Below are positions 15,361 through 24,688 of a DNA stretch of 40,850 nucleotides, piece by piece. The stretch is from Candidatus Woesearchaeota archaeon. GTDB taxonomy: Archaea > Nanobdellota > Nanobdellia > Pacearchaeales > GW2011-AR1. A program made the translations under genes and the position numbers. The notes under the pieces are model-generated. The model ran no database searches. It saw only the letters and a list, made by a program, of their open reading frames with translations, and had not been told where the DNA came from. The stretch lies in contig CAZWNN010000002.1 in the NCBI GenBank assembly GCA_964635935.1, positions 1-40,850 of the forward strand. Direction: 5' to 3'. Within the stretch, counting starts at the first letter, position 1. Each line of letters opens with the position of its first letter.

Positions 15361-17988
15361 ATGAAAAGAGTGGTGATTTTAGTTTTTCTAATTGTTGGTT
15401 TAGTTAGTTTTACCAGTGCATTTGCAAACTTTGTTCCTCTTTATTGTGAAGATATGGGTTATGTTTCTGATGGAAGTAATTGTATTTTTGATGATGGTGA
15501 AAGTTGTAAGTTATTGGAGTTTTATAATGGGGTGTGTGGTTTAGACTATGTAAGAAAGTTGGCTTGTGTTGAGCTTGGGGGAAGTTTGTCTCCTAGGCGA
15601 GTTTGTTGTGAAGGTCTTGTTGGGAAAAATCCTGCGAGAGTAAATGAAGAGGGGCTTTGTGAAAGTATGATGGGGGGTTTTGGAGTTTGTATTGCTTGCG
15701 GTGATGGGGTGTGTGCTGAGGATTTTGAAAATAAGTGTAATTGTGCTGAGGATTGCGGGGGGGCAGGTAATAGAAGAGGAATGTGTTTAATAGATGAAGA
15801 TTGTGATGATAAAATTGATTGTACTGAAGATGTTTGCAGCAAAACATGCACTGTAGATATTTGTAGTACTGGTTTTTGTGAGTACACTCCAGAGAATTCA
15901 AATTGTAACTCTTGGGAAACATGTAATCCAAGAGCTATACCTCCTATTTCTGGGTGTGTACAAAGTTCTTGCTCTAGTTGTGAAGATTGTGATGGGTGGT
16001 TTAGTGGGTGTGATTATGAAGAATGTCATAATCAGTGTAATCTTTTGGAGGAATGTTATTATTTAGGGAGTATTCCTTTGGTAGAAAACTGTGTTGCCTT
16101 AGACTCTGTTTGCGGATTAGAAATTATTGAATGCGATGATTATTCTGATGAAGAGTGTGTTAATAACCTTTGTAATCTTTATCTAGATGGCAATGGTTGT
16201 GAATTAGTTGATGGTAATTGTGTTGTTGCTTCTTATTGTGGTGATGGTGTTTGCAATGATGATGAAACCTGCCAGAGTTGTGTTTCTGACTGCGGATGCT
16301 TAGATGACGCTCCTTATTGTATTGCTGGAGTTTGTGTTGAATGTGTAGATGATTTTCACTGTGACGACGGGTTGTGGTGCACTCAAAATGACCGGTGTTT
16401 AACTGGGAAATGTTTTAGAAACATTGTTGATGGAGATGATGGGATTGATTGTACTGAAGATGTTTGTGATGAAAATAATCAACAGATAATCCATATCCCA
16501 GATGATAGTTTATGCGGGGTGGCTGGAAGTTGTTTGGATATTATTTATTCTCCAGGGTTTATTTCTAAAGGAGTCTGTGATGTTAATTCCGGATGTGAGA
16601 TAGAAAAAGCACCTTTGGAAATTTGTGATGAGATTGATAATGATTGTGATGGCTTGATTAATGAAGGAGTAGAGGCTGATTTGTGTCAGAAGACTTGTGA
16701 AGATAGTGGTGGGAATTGGGATTTGCATAAGGTTAATGAGGGTTGTGAAGGGGCTGATTTAAATGGTGATGGGGCTGTAAACAGAGATGATCTTGAAATT
16801 TTTAATAGAAATTATGGGGCTGTGAATTGTGATATTTTTCCTTATTGTGAAGGGGCTGATTTAACTTGGGACTTGGTTGTTGATATAAGGGATTTCAACA
16901 TATTTTTTGAAAATTATGGGAGGGAAGACTGCTTGATAAAGCTTCCTTCTCCTGGAGGAGAACCTACTTGCTGTGGAGATGAACTTAATGAGGGAAATTT
17001 AAATGATGGAACTTATGAAGAGTTTGAGACTTTGTGTGATGGTATTGATAATGATTGTGATGGAAAGATGGATGAAAAATGTGGTGATGGGGCTTGTCTG
17101 ATAAATGGCGCTTCTTGGGAAAAAAAGATTGCTAGTGAGAGGGAAATTGTTCAGTTGCGTATTTCTACAAATGAGTTTTGTGAAGGAGAGAAAATTAGGG
17201 TTGAAATTTGGGAGAGAGATAATCCAGATGACAAGATATGGGAGGATGATGAGGATGACTTGATTGTTAGTGATATTGCTGTGGTAGTTAGTGGGCAGGA
17301 TGCTGAGACAAGCTGGCAGGCAGAGTGGCAGGATGATGATAATGGGAGAGATGAAAATCCTCCTGAATATTATTTTAAGGCTTCTGTTGGGTCTTCTTGG
17401 ATTGAAGAACTTTTAGCTCTTCTTACTGGAGAGACAGGGAAGATTGTTGTTTATTCTGATTTCTTAACTGTTGCACAGGGAGAGAAGAAACAAAAAAGTA
17501 TTGTTTTTGAATTTAAAGAAGGGAGGAATTTTTTTAGTCTGCCTTTGATTTCAGCACAAGATTTAATTCAAAATTTGTTTGGTGATGATTTGGAGAAGAT
17601 AAGCGCAATTGCAGTTTATGATAATGGAGAATGGAAACTTCACACTCCTTTGGAAGAAGAATTTACTATTGAGCCTGTGAAAGGTTATATAATAATAGCT
17701 AAGGAAGATTTTGAGGTTGAATTTTCGGGATATGAAGAAAGTGATAGTTTTGAAAAACCGAGCATTGTTGTTGAACAGGGATGGAATTTGATTGGTACTT
17801 ATTCAAAAGCTGTAAGGGTGAAAAGATTTTTTGCGGGCAAGGATGGGGTGAGAGTTGTTAGATATGAAAAAGGAATTTTTACCGAGGGGTTGGAAGAGCT
17901 TAGAGATGAGAGTGAATTAAATGAAGAAGAGGCTTACTGGGTTTATTCAGATAAAAGATTTGAATTAAAACCTATTACTGGAAATTAA
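15361..17988 (+). CDS. Secreted cysteine-rich repeat protein with dockerin-like repeats
   Basis: Signal peptide begins at the internal ATG 15361 (MKRVVILVFLIVGLVSFTSAFA). Repeated CGDGVCxxDExCxxCxxDCG, DxIDCTEDVC and IDNDCDG motifs, plus two dockerin-like repeats (GADLNGDGAVNRDDLEIFNRNYG, GADLTWDLVVDIRDFNIFFENYG). Confidence 0.7.
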   Translation: MKRVVILVFLIVGLVSFTSAFANFVPLYCEDMGYVSDGSNCIFDDGESCKLLEFYNGVCGLDYVRKLACVELGGSLSPRRVCCEGLVGKNPARVNEEGLCESMMGGFGVCIACGDGVCAEDFENKCNCAEDCGGAGNRRGMCLIDEDCDDKIDCTEDVCSKTCTVDICSTGFCEYTPENSNCNSWETCNPRAIPPISGCVQSSCSSCEDCDGWFSGCDYEECHNQCNLLEECYYLGSIPLVENCVALDSVCGLEIIECDDYSDEECVNNLCNLYLDGNGCELVDGNCVVASYCGDGVCNDDETCQSCVSDCGCLDDAPYCIAGVCVECVDDFHCDDGLWCTQNDRCLTGKCFRNIVDGDDGIDCTEDVCDENNQQIIHIPDDSLCGVAGSCLDIIYSPGFISKGVCDVNSGCEIEKAPLEICDEIDNDCDGLINEGVEADLCQKTCEDSGGNWDLHKVNEGCEGADLNGDGAVNRDDLEIFNRNYGAVNCDIFPYCEGADLTWDLVVDIRDFNIFFENYGREDCLIKLPSPGGEPTCCGDELNEGNLNDGTYEEFETLCDGIDNDCDGKMDEKCGDGACLINGASWEKKIASEREIVQLRISTNEFCEGEKIRVEIWERDNPDDKIWEDDEDDLIVSDIAVVVSGQDAETSWQAEWQDDDNGRDENPPEYYFKASVGSSWIEELLALLTGETGKIVVYSDFLTVAQGEKKQKSIVFEFKEGRNFFSLPLISAQDLIQNLFGDDLEKISAIAVYDNGEWKLHTPLEEEFTIEPVKGYIIIAKEDFEVEFSGYEESDSFEKPSIVVEQGWNLIGTYSKAVRVKRFFAGKDGVRVVRYEKGIFTEGLEELRDESELNEEEAYWVYSDKRFELKPITGN

Positions 17989-18755
17989 TGGGAAAAATAT
18001 TTTGGGTTTGTTTGTTGATGGTTTTTTTAGTTGGGCTTGGGGGTGCTGGAGGTTTTACTGGTTATGCTGTTGGAAATCCTACATTTGAAATTTTTTCTGG
18101 GAGTGTTGTTTATGATAATGAGAGTGTTGTTGCTGATGGGGCTGAAGTTATGGCTGAAATTGCGGGGGGAATTTCTGCAACTACCTTTGTAGTTGGAGGG
18201 AATTATGGAGAAGATTTAGAATTTATTTTAGAGGGAGGGGATGGCGGGGATATTGTTGTTTTTTCTGTTGGTGGGGTGGTTGTTGGTGAGGAGGTTTATA
18301 GTGAGTATGCAATTGCCATTGTTAATTTAATTGTGCCTTTTGATTCTGTTCCAACTGGTTTTTGTGGGGATAGTGTTTGTGATGAGAGTGAAGATTGTTC
18401 TTTATGTGAAGCTGATTGCGGTGCTTGTTCACTTGGGGATAATGGCGCAAGTCCTGGCGGTCCTGGTGGCGGAGGGGGAGGTAATGGTGGCGATAGTCCA
18501 GTTTCAATATCTCCGGATAAAGAGGAAAATCTCGATAAGATTGATGAAAAACCTGCAGAGGAGAATGTTTCTGAAATTGAACTGCCTTTGCCGGAGATTA
18601 GTAAGAAAAAGAGTTATTTAAAATTGTGGGTTTATGTTATTATAGGTGTGGGAATTCTTGGTTTGGTTTTGATTGTAGTTTGGATTATTTTGTTGAGGAG
18701 GGGAAAGAAGGTTCGTAGGAAGAGGGAAAAAGTTAGAAGGAATGGGAAGCGCTAA
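17988..18755 (+). CDS. Membrane-anchored surface protein (signal peptide, CGDSVC module, C-terminal TM plus basic tail)
   Basis: ATG overlaps the upstream stop (TAATG). Contains CGDSVCDESEDCSLCEADCGAC, a Gly-rich linker, TM VYVIIGVGILGLVLIVVWIILL and tail RRGKKVRRKREKVRRNGKR. Confidence 0.6.
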   Translation: MGKIFWVCLLMVFLVGLGGAGGFTGYAVGNPTFEIFSGSVVYDNESVVADGAEVMAEIAGGISATTFVVGGNYGEDLEFILEGGDGGDIVVFSVGGVVVGEEVYSEYAIAIVNLIVPFDSVPTGFCGDSVCDESEDCSLCEADCGACSLGDNGASPGGPGGGGGGNGGDSPVSISPDKEENLDKIDEKPAEENVSEIELPLPEISKKKSYLKLWVYVIIGVGILGLVLIVVWIILLRRGKKVRRKREKVRRNGKR

Positions 18756-19174
18756 TATCCTTGCATTCTTACTCGAATATTTCCGTCTGTTTCAGAACTG
18801 CTGGCGATACCTGTTTTTGCCAATAATTCTCTAAAATGTTCTGCATGACTTTCCACCATTTCTCTGTGACCCCTTACAGTAGCTTCATAAGGTTCTTTTT
18901 GAGCTGGAGCTGTATAGCTTAACTCTACGGGATAATCTCCCCCCGGTTCATAATTCTTTAACCTTCTGCTATGTGCCCTAAAATCTCTAAAAGACCAATT
19001 TACTTCTGGAACGCCCTGGATACTTCCACGGACCATTAAACAATGTCCGCTAAGGGTTGCAACCCTTGGCTTTTTTTTATCAGAAGATCCAAGAACCTCT
19101 TCTGGCTCGTCTCCGTGTGGTTTGGCAACAACCGCAGAAGCGTCGTAAACAAAAGTTATTTTAAATCCAGCCAT
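18752..19174 (-). CDS. Hypothetical protein (orphan)
   Basis: 140-aa ORF. Convergent 4-nt overlap with 17988..18755. No recognised motif. Confidence 0.45.
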   Translation of the reverse strand: MAGFKITFVYDASAVVAKPHGDEPEEVLGSSDKKKPRVATLSGHCLMVRGSIQGVPEVNWSFRDFRAHSRRLKNYEPGGDYPVELSYTAPAQKEPYEATVRGHREMVESHAEHFRELLAKTGIASSSETDGNIRVRMQGY

Positions 19175-19260
19175 AGTTTGACTTAATAAAAATCCTTTTT
19201 AAATAAATGTGTGGTTGATTATATAATATAAAAATTGAGAATATTCAGAAACAGCCAAGA

Positions 19261-19707
19261 TTATCTACAATACAATTCTGGTAAACCGAGTTCTGATCTT
19301 TTTTTAGCTCTCCATTCTCGATTATAGTCTGGTTTGTCAGCTTCTTCTTCTAAAGAGGCTACTATTTTCTGAGCATCTAATTTATCTAAATTAAGAGCAA
19401 GTCTTAGTACATCATAATCTTTTGCAGGTTTGAATTTTCTTCTAGAAGCACAATCTGCATCAACTAATTCTCCAGTAGCAAGATCAACTAAAACACAATA
19501 GTGCCCCCTACTAATAGTTGATGCTAAAGCCCAACAACCATTATTGTATGCCCAAGAATAATAATCTTTAAAACCTGAACCTAATTTGCCATCAGCTTCT
19601 AAAGCAAGATGAGGTATTCTCTGCCATAATCCTTTCTGTTCTTTTGAATGATTGCGAATACTTTTAATTAATTCTTCAGCCTTTGTAACAATGTCATCCT
19701 GATTCAT
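19261..19707 (-). CDS. Hypothetical protein (orphan)
   Basis: 148-aa ORF. No recognised motif. Confidence 0.5.
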   Translation of the reverse strand: MNQDDIVTKAEELIKSIRNHSKEQKGLWQRIPHLALEADGKLGSGFKDYYSWAYNNGCWALASTISRGHYCVLVDLATGELVDADCASRRKFKPAKDYDVLRLALNLDKLDAQKIVASLEEEADKPDYNREWRAKKRSELGLPELYCR

Positions 19708-19791
19708 TGTAATTTCTTAGAAAAACAAAGGTATATAAGTTTTTATGTAGTGGGGTATATAATTAGGCAGTTGCAAACCTAAGTATCGCTA

Positions 19792-19846
19792 CTCACAATT
19801 CACTCTTCGGAAATTATAGATAAAGTAGCCAAGAGCAAATTGTTCG
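19792..19846 (+). repeat. Family S hairpin repeat copy 2
   Basis: CTCACAATTCACTCTTCGG-AAATTATAGATAAAGTAG-CCAAGAGCAAATTGTTCG. Same 55-nt length as copy 1, with a compensatory A-T versus G-C pair. Confidence 0.7.
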
Positions 19847-19854
19847 CCAACCCC

Positions 19855-20946
19855 TCAGGCTACGGCGAATCTTAAGATTGCGCCTACGCCTCCAAGATTA
19901 TCAAATTGGATGCCGTCTGTTGTTTCTTTTGTAACTATGTAGATTTCTGTTCCCATGCTGTTGGCGATTTTTGAAAACTGTTTGATTTTTTCCAGGGGCA
20001 TGTCTTTGGAGATTATGAGAGTTTCTGCAGAGCCTTGTTCTAAGCGGATTTTTGTTTCTGTTTCTCCGTAAGCTGTTTTGTTTGGTTCTTTTGCAAGAGT
20101 TAGGAAGAATTTTTCTAAAATCTTTTTTTGTTTGGTTATTTCAAGCTCTGCTAATTCTTCTTGAGATGAGCCAACTAAATCTTTTAATCCTGGAAGGCCG
20201 GTGTCTCCAATGTCTTTTACAGAAATAACTTTGTCTTTTAATTTTGTAACTAAGTTTCCTGTTTCTAGGAATTCGTCTTTTGTTGGAATTGGGCCTCCGA
20301 CTAAGAGGCCTTTTATTTTGTTGTTGTCAAAAAAGTGTTGTTTCATTTGTTCTGCAACTCTTCTGAAAAATTCTTTTGCAAGTCCTTCTGTTATTCTACC
20401 GAAACGAGCTGCACTTTGGCCACCCGCTCTTACTTTTCCAGGAATGCCTGATGTAAGGCGTTGCAAGATGCTAATTCTGTTTCCTTCTAAAATTCCAATT
20501 GTTGCTTCATTTCTTTCAATTATTAATAGTCCGTAGACCTCATCTGTCTCAAGCATTTCTAGGAGTGGTTCTAAGACAAAGGTTTGGTCGCATCTGTACA
20601 TTCTTGTCTTGATTGGAATGTCCGGTTCAATTGCCCAGATTCTTAAGTCTTCTTTTCCTTCAACATCTGAGATATTCCCTGAGAAGAGTGCTAGTCCGTT
20701 CGGCGGGGTTTGTTTGATTGTCTTTAGGTGGCGGCTGATTTTATCAAGAGTGTTGATTACATTTTTTCTCGTTGATGTTGATTTGATATTAGTAGCTGTT
20801 CCTTTTTCATCTTCAATCTGGGTTGTAACCTGGTTTTTGTCAAAGCCTGCTGGGATGTAGACAGTTATTAGCTCTGTGTGCCTACCTCGATATCCCCCTA
20901 GTTCTTTTACAGTTTGCTCTAGTTCGTATTTTTTTGCTTGGTCCAT
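19855..20946 (-). CDS. prf1: Peptide chain release factor aRF1
   Basis: NIKS (TATNIKSTS) and GGQ (VRAGGQSAARF) motifs. ATG at 20946 (MDQAKKYELEQ) preferred over the listed upstream start. Confidence 0.95.
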   Translation of the reverse strand: MDQAKKYELEQTVKELGGYRGRHTELITVYIPAGFDKNQVTTQIEDEKGTATNIKSTSTRKNVINTLDKISRHLKTIKQTPPNGLALFSGNISDVEGKEDLRIWAIEPDIPIKTRMYRCDQTFVLEPLLEMLETDEVYGLLIIERNEATIGILEGNRISILQRLTSGIPGKVRAGGQSAARFGRITEGLAKEFFRRVAEQMKQHFFDNNKIKGLLVGGPIPTKDEFLETGNLVTKLKDKVISVKDIGDTGLPGLKDLVGSSQEELAELEITKQKKILEKFFLTLAKEPNKTAYGETETKIRLEQGSAETLIISKDMPLEKIKQFSKIANSMGTEIYIVTKETTDGIQFDNLGGVGAILRFAVA

Positions 20947-20968
20947 GTTTTGGTTAAGAAAGAGGTGT

Positions 20969-21247
20969 TTATAAAAGTTGACGATATTTGTGAACACGAT
21001 ATATTTCTAATACTTCTGAATAATTATGTTTACCTATCTGTTTTTCGGGAGGGATTAAGGTGTTGAAAAAACCCATTCTATCTGCAGCATCATTAAAATC
21101 TATTATTCCAAAATGATATTTTCCTGTTTTAGAACTTCTGATTAAAACACCTTTTCCATTATGTCTTTTGACGAGGGTTATTACTTTTTTTACTCTTTCT
21201 GCTATCGCTTCTTCATCCTCTGTTTTATTTTCTAAAGATTCTGGCAT
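20969..21247 (-). CDS. Hypothetical small protein
   Basis: 92-aa ORF. No recognised motif. Confidence 0.4.
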   Translation of the reverse strand: MPESLENKTEDEEAIAERVKKVITLVKRHNGKGVLIRSSKTGKYHFGIIDFNDAADRMGFFNTLIPPEKQIGKHNYSEVLEIYRVHKYRQLL

Positions 21248-21308
21248 ATAAGAACCTCAAAAAAAGAGTTTAAAAATAAATGTGTTGTTTAGTATATGTT
21301 TCATAAGA

Positions 21309-21384
21309 GATTAATTTTTTAAAGTTATTGCGGAAATTTAGCAAGTATCTTGTTTATTATTGTGCTAAATTTCTGTTGGCTATG
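21309..21384 (+). repeat. Family R hairpin element copy 2
   Basis: GATTAATTTTTTAAAGTTATTGCGGAAAT-TTAGCA-[loop]-TGCTAA-ATTTCTGTTGGCTATG. Stem 21331..21343 / 21363..21375. Confidence 0.65.
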
Positions 21385-21392
21385 AAGGTTAA

Positions 21393-23735
21393 CTAGTCTA
21401 AGAATTCCACCTTGAATTTACCTTCTTTAATCTCTTTTGCATTTACAACTGATTTTAAATCATCAAGCATTGCTTTTAAATCTTCTTGGTCTTTTTTAGA
21501 AAGAGTTAGGATAATTTCTGCTTTTACTGATTTTTGTGCTTTTGATTTTTCTTGGCGGGTTTTTGAGAGAATATTGTAAAATCTTAGGAGCAATGATTCG
21601 TCTTTTGTTGAGATTTTTGATGTGGGTTTGAAATCTGGCCATTCTGAAATATGAATTGATTTTGTTTTTTCTGTTTTTTTAAAAAAGGTTTGGTAAATTT
21701 CTTCTGTGATGAAGGGCATTATTGGGGCGAGAAGTTTTAGAATTGTCAGCAGAGATTTATAGAGGGTATATTGGGCAGAGATTTTTTTGCTTGCTTTTTC
21801 ATTGTAAATTCTGTATTTTATTATTTCGAGATAGTTGTCTGCAAAATCTTTCCAAAAAAAGTTTTCAACTCGGGCTTTTGCTTTGCTGTATTCATAGTTT
21901 TCAAAATAATCTGTTGTGTCTTTTGCCATTATCGCGAGACTTTCTAAAAATAATTTGTCTGTTTTTTCTAGTTTTGGTTTTTGGGCTTGATAATCTTCTA
22001 AGTTCATGAAGACAAATCTCGAGGCGTTTCGAAGTTTGTTTATTAGTTTTTTTCCTGCTACTAAATCTTGTTCTTGATAGTCTAAATCTTCACCTAGTTT
22101 TGAGCCTGCTGCCCAGAATCTGAGGGCGTCTGCTCCATATTTGTCCATTACTTCTTTTGGTTGAATCCCAGTTCCTTTTGATTTTGACATTTTTTTCCCG
22201 CCGAGGGTGACATAACCAGATACTACAATGTCATTCCAGGGGATTTTGTTTTCATGGTAGAGAGATTGGACAATTGTGTAGAAAGCCCAGGTTCTGATTA
22301 TATCATGAGCTTGGGGTCTTAGAGAGAATGGAACCTGAACCTTATTATTTATTAGTGAAGATGCAATTTGGGGTGTTAGCGAAGATGTTGCCCAGGTGTC
22401 TAAAACTTTTGTTTCTGGTTCTGCTTGTTTTTTGCATTTTGGGCAGATTTTTTTTGTTTGCAGTGGGTCTACTGGCAATTCGCTTTCCTTAGGCAGAATA
22501 ATTTCTTTGCAAGATTTGCATTCCCAAACTGGAATTGGAACTCCAAAGTGTCTGTCTCTTGAAATTGACCAGTCCCATTCAAGACCCTTAACCCAGTTTT
22601 CATATCTCACTCTCATAAATTCCGGATGCCATTTTATTTTTCTTCCTTGATTGATTAATTGATTTTTTTTATCTAATAATTTGATGAACCACTGCTCTGT
22701 TGAAAGAAATTCTATCGGTGTTCCGCATTTGTCATGAACATTCACGACGTGGTCAATTGATTTTTGTTCTTTTACTAAGTTTGCTTTTTCTAGGTCTGTT
22801 AGGATTTGTTTTCTTGCTTGTTCTATTTTAAGACCCTTATAATTTGTGGTGTTTAGTGTTCCATCTTTATTGATAATTAGTTTTGGTTTTAATTTGTGCT
22901 TTGCGATTGCTTCAACATCAAATTTGTCTCCGTAAGAGCAGACCATTAAAATTCCTGTTCCTTTTTGTATTTCTGCTGAGCTGTCTTTTATTATTGGAAC
23001 TTCAAAATTAAAAAGAGGAACTTTTGCTTTTTTTCCTTTAAGAGAGCTATATCTTTTATCTTTTGGATTTATGAAAACTGCGACGCAGGCAGGCAAGAGT
23101 TCTGGTCTTGTTGTTGCAATTAAAAGGTCTTTTTCATTTACCTTAAATTTTAGATTTGAAAATAAGGTGTTTTCTTCTTTGTCTTCAAGTTCTGCCTGCG
23201 CAATTGGAGTCTGGCATTCTGTGCACCACAGAGTTGGGAATTCTTTTTTATAGATTTTGTCTTCTTTGAATAAATCAATAAAAGATTTTTGAGAAATCTT
23301 TTGGGTTGGCTTGTCAATAGTTGAATAATAAATATCATAGTCGCAGGAGATTCCTAAATCTATGTAATCTTGAATGCATTCTGGGGTTACTTTTTTTAGT
23401 GTTTCTAAGCATAACTCGATAAATTCTGCTCTTGACATGTTTTTGCTTTTTACATTATTGGTTTTTTCAATAAATCTCTCTGTCGGCAGTCCGTTGTCGT
23501 CAGTTCCAAAAGGGTAGAAAACTCCTTGCTTCATTCTTCTGTATCTTGCGATGAAATCTTGCTGGGAGTAGGAGAAGGCGTGGCCAATGTGCATTCTTCC
23601 GGAGATGTATGGCGGAGGGGTGTCTATGCTATAGATGTTTTTCTTTTTTGGGTCGAACTTGTAAACTTTTTCTTTTTCCCAAAAGTTCTTTATCTTTTCT
23701 TCTGATTTTTTAAAATCATATTGCTTGCTCTTCAT
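21393..23735 (-). CDS. valS: Valyl-tRNA synthetase
   Basis: IDTPPPYISGRMHIGHAFSY (HIGH region in ValRS context), KMSKSKG, and GADALRFW. Confidence 0.85.
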   Translation of the reverse strand: MKSKQYDFKKSEEKIKNFWEKEKVYKFDPKKKNIYSIDTPPPYISGRMHIGHAFSYSQQDFIARYRRMKQGVFYPFGTDDNGLPTERFIEKTNNVKSKNMSRAEFIELCLETLKKVTPECIQDYIDLGISCDYDIYYSTIDKPTQKISQKSFIDLFKEDKIYKKEFPTLWCTECQTPIAQAELEDKEENTLFSNLKFKVNEKDLLIATTRPELLPACVAVFINPKDKRYSSLKGKKAKVPLFNFEVPIIKDSSAEIQKGTGILMVCSYGDKFDVEAIAKHKLKPKLIINKDGTLNTTNYKGLKIEQARKQILTDLEKANLVKEQKSIDHVVNVHDKCGTPIEFLSTEQWFIKLLDKKNQLINQGRKIKWHPEFMRVRYENWVKGLEWDWSISRDRHFGVPIPVWECKSCKEIILPKESELPVDPLQTKKICPKCKKQAEPETKVLDTWATSSLTPQIASSLINNKVQVPFSLRPQAHDIIRTWAFYTIVQSLYHENKIPWNDIVVSGYVTLGGKKMSKSKGTGIQPKEVMDKYGADALRFWAAGSKLGEDLDYQEQDLVAGKKLINKLRNASRFVFMNLEDYQAQKPKLEKTDKLFLESLAIMAKDTTDYFENYEYSKAKARVENFFWKDFADNYLEIIKYRIYNEKASKKISAQYTLYKSLLTILKLLAPIMPFITEEIYQTFFKKTEKTKSIHISEWPDFKPTSKISTKDESLLLRFYNILSKTRQEKSKAQKSVKAEIILTLSKKDQEDLKAMLDDLKSVVNAKEIKEGKFKVEFLD

Positions 23736-23783
23736 GATAACTTAAATGGGAAGTTATTTAAAAAAGTATTCTTTAATTTGAAT

Positions 23784-24407
23784 ATGGCAAAACCACATAA
23801 AAAACAAGACAAACTGCGAATCTTAGCAGCAGGCGACTTCCACGGAAGTGTGGAGCTTGCGAAGAAGGCTTCTGATAAAGCTAAGCGCGAAAAAGTTGAC
23901 TTAGTAGTTTTGGCTGGAGATATTCACGGGGCGATTGAGGGGGTAGATGTGCTTGCTCCGTTTCGGAAGGCTAAGCAGAAGGTTGTGTTTGTTCCTGGAA
24001 ATTGGGATACAAGTGCAGAGGCTGGTTTGTTGAGAAACGTGCACGGGATGAAGAACTTAGATGGTTATTATGTTAATTACAAGGGTGTTGATATTGTTGG
24101 GCTTGGGAATCCTGATTTTGAGTTGGAGTTGGATGAGAAAAGGGCTGCGGCTAAGTTAAATAGTATTTTTGAAAAGATTAAGACTAAGAAAGGGAAGAAG
24201 ATTCTGGTTTCGCATGTTCATGCTTCTGGGACAAAGTCCGAGTTTTCTGGTTTTAAGGGAAGCAAGGCTTTGCGGTCTGCGATTGACAAGTTTAAGCCAG
24301 ATGTTTTTATTTCAGGGCATATTCACGAAGCAGAGGGTATTGAGGAGAAGATTGGGAAGACGAGGGTGTTTAATGTGGGGAGGCGAGGAAGGGTTTTGGA
24401 GATCTGA
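23784..24407 (+). CDS. Calcineurin-like metallophosphoesterase
   Basis: GDFHG, GDIHG, GNWD and GHIHE motifs. ATG at 23784 preferred over the TTG at 23721. Confidence 0.8.
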   Translation: MAKPHKKQDKLRILAAGDFHGSVELAKKASDKAKREKVDLVVLAGDIHGAIEGVDVLAPFRKAKQKVVFVPGNWDTSAEAGLLRNVHGMKNLDGYYVNYKGVDIVGLGNPDFELELDEKRAAAKLNSIFEKIKTKKGKKILVSHVHASGTKSEFSGFKGSKALRSAIDKFKPDVFISGHIHEAEGIEEKIGKTRVFNVGRRGRVLEI

Positions 24408-24409
24408 TA

Positions 24410-24688
24410 ATTAATCGATGGTTAGTTGATACTAAATCGCCGGAGGCGATCTTCCGTGCCCGCTAGGGCACGCTATAATAAGCTTGCCTCGCGGCAAGCC
24501 AAAATGTGCTTCGCACTTTAGTATCAATGCGTGGCGGTGGTTTGGTAGAAGAAGTTTTTGATAAAACTTTTTTCAAAAAGTTTTCGAGCGAGTCTTAAAG
24601 ACGAGCGAGTGGGGTGGTGGGGGCGGGTTTTGGAGGTTTGATTAAGCCGTACCCGAAGGGTTTAGTATGACGCAGACAGCCACCACCC
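24410..24688. repeat. Hairpin-mosaic repeat, family H copy 3
   Basis: Hairpins ATCGCC-GGAG-GCGAT, GTGCCC-GCTA-GGGCAC and GCTTGCC-TCGC-GGCAAGC. Blocks 24506..24540 and 24551..24584 match 4019..4055 and 4072..4105. Confidence 0.7.

Noticed and set aside
20947-20997. N-terminal extension of aRF1 to 20997
   Set aside because: The extension overlaps the 3' end of 20969..21247. MDQAKKYELEQ at 20946 aligns with typical aRF1 N-termini.
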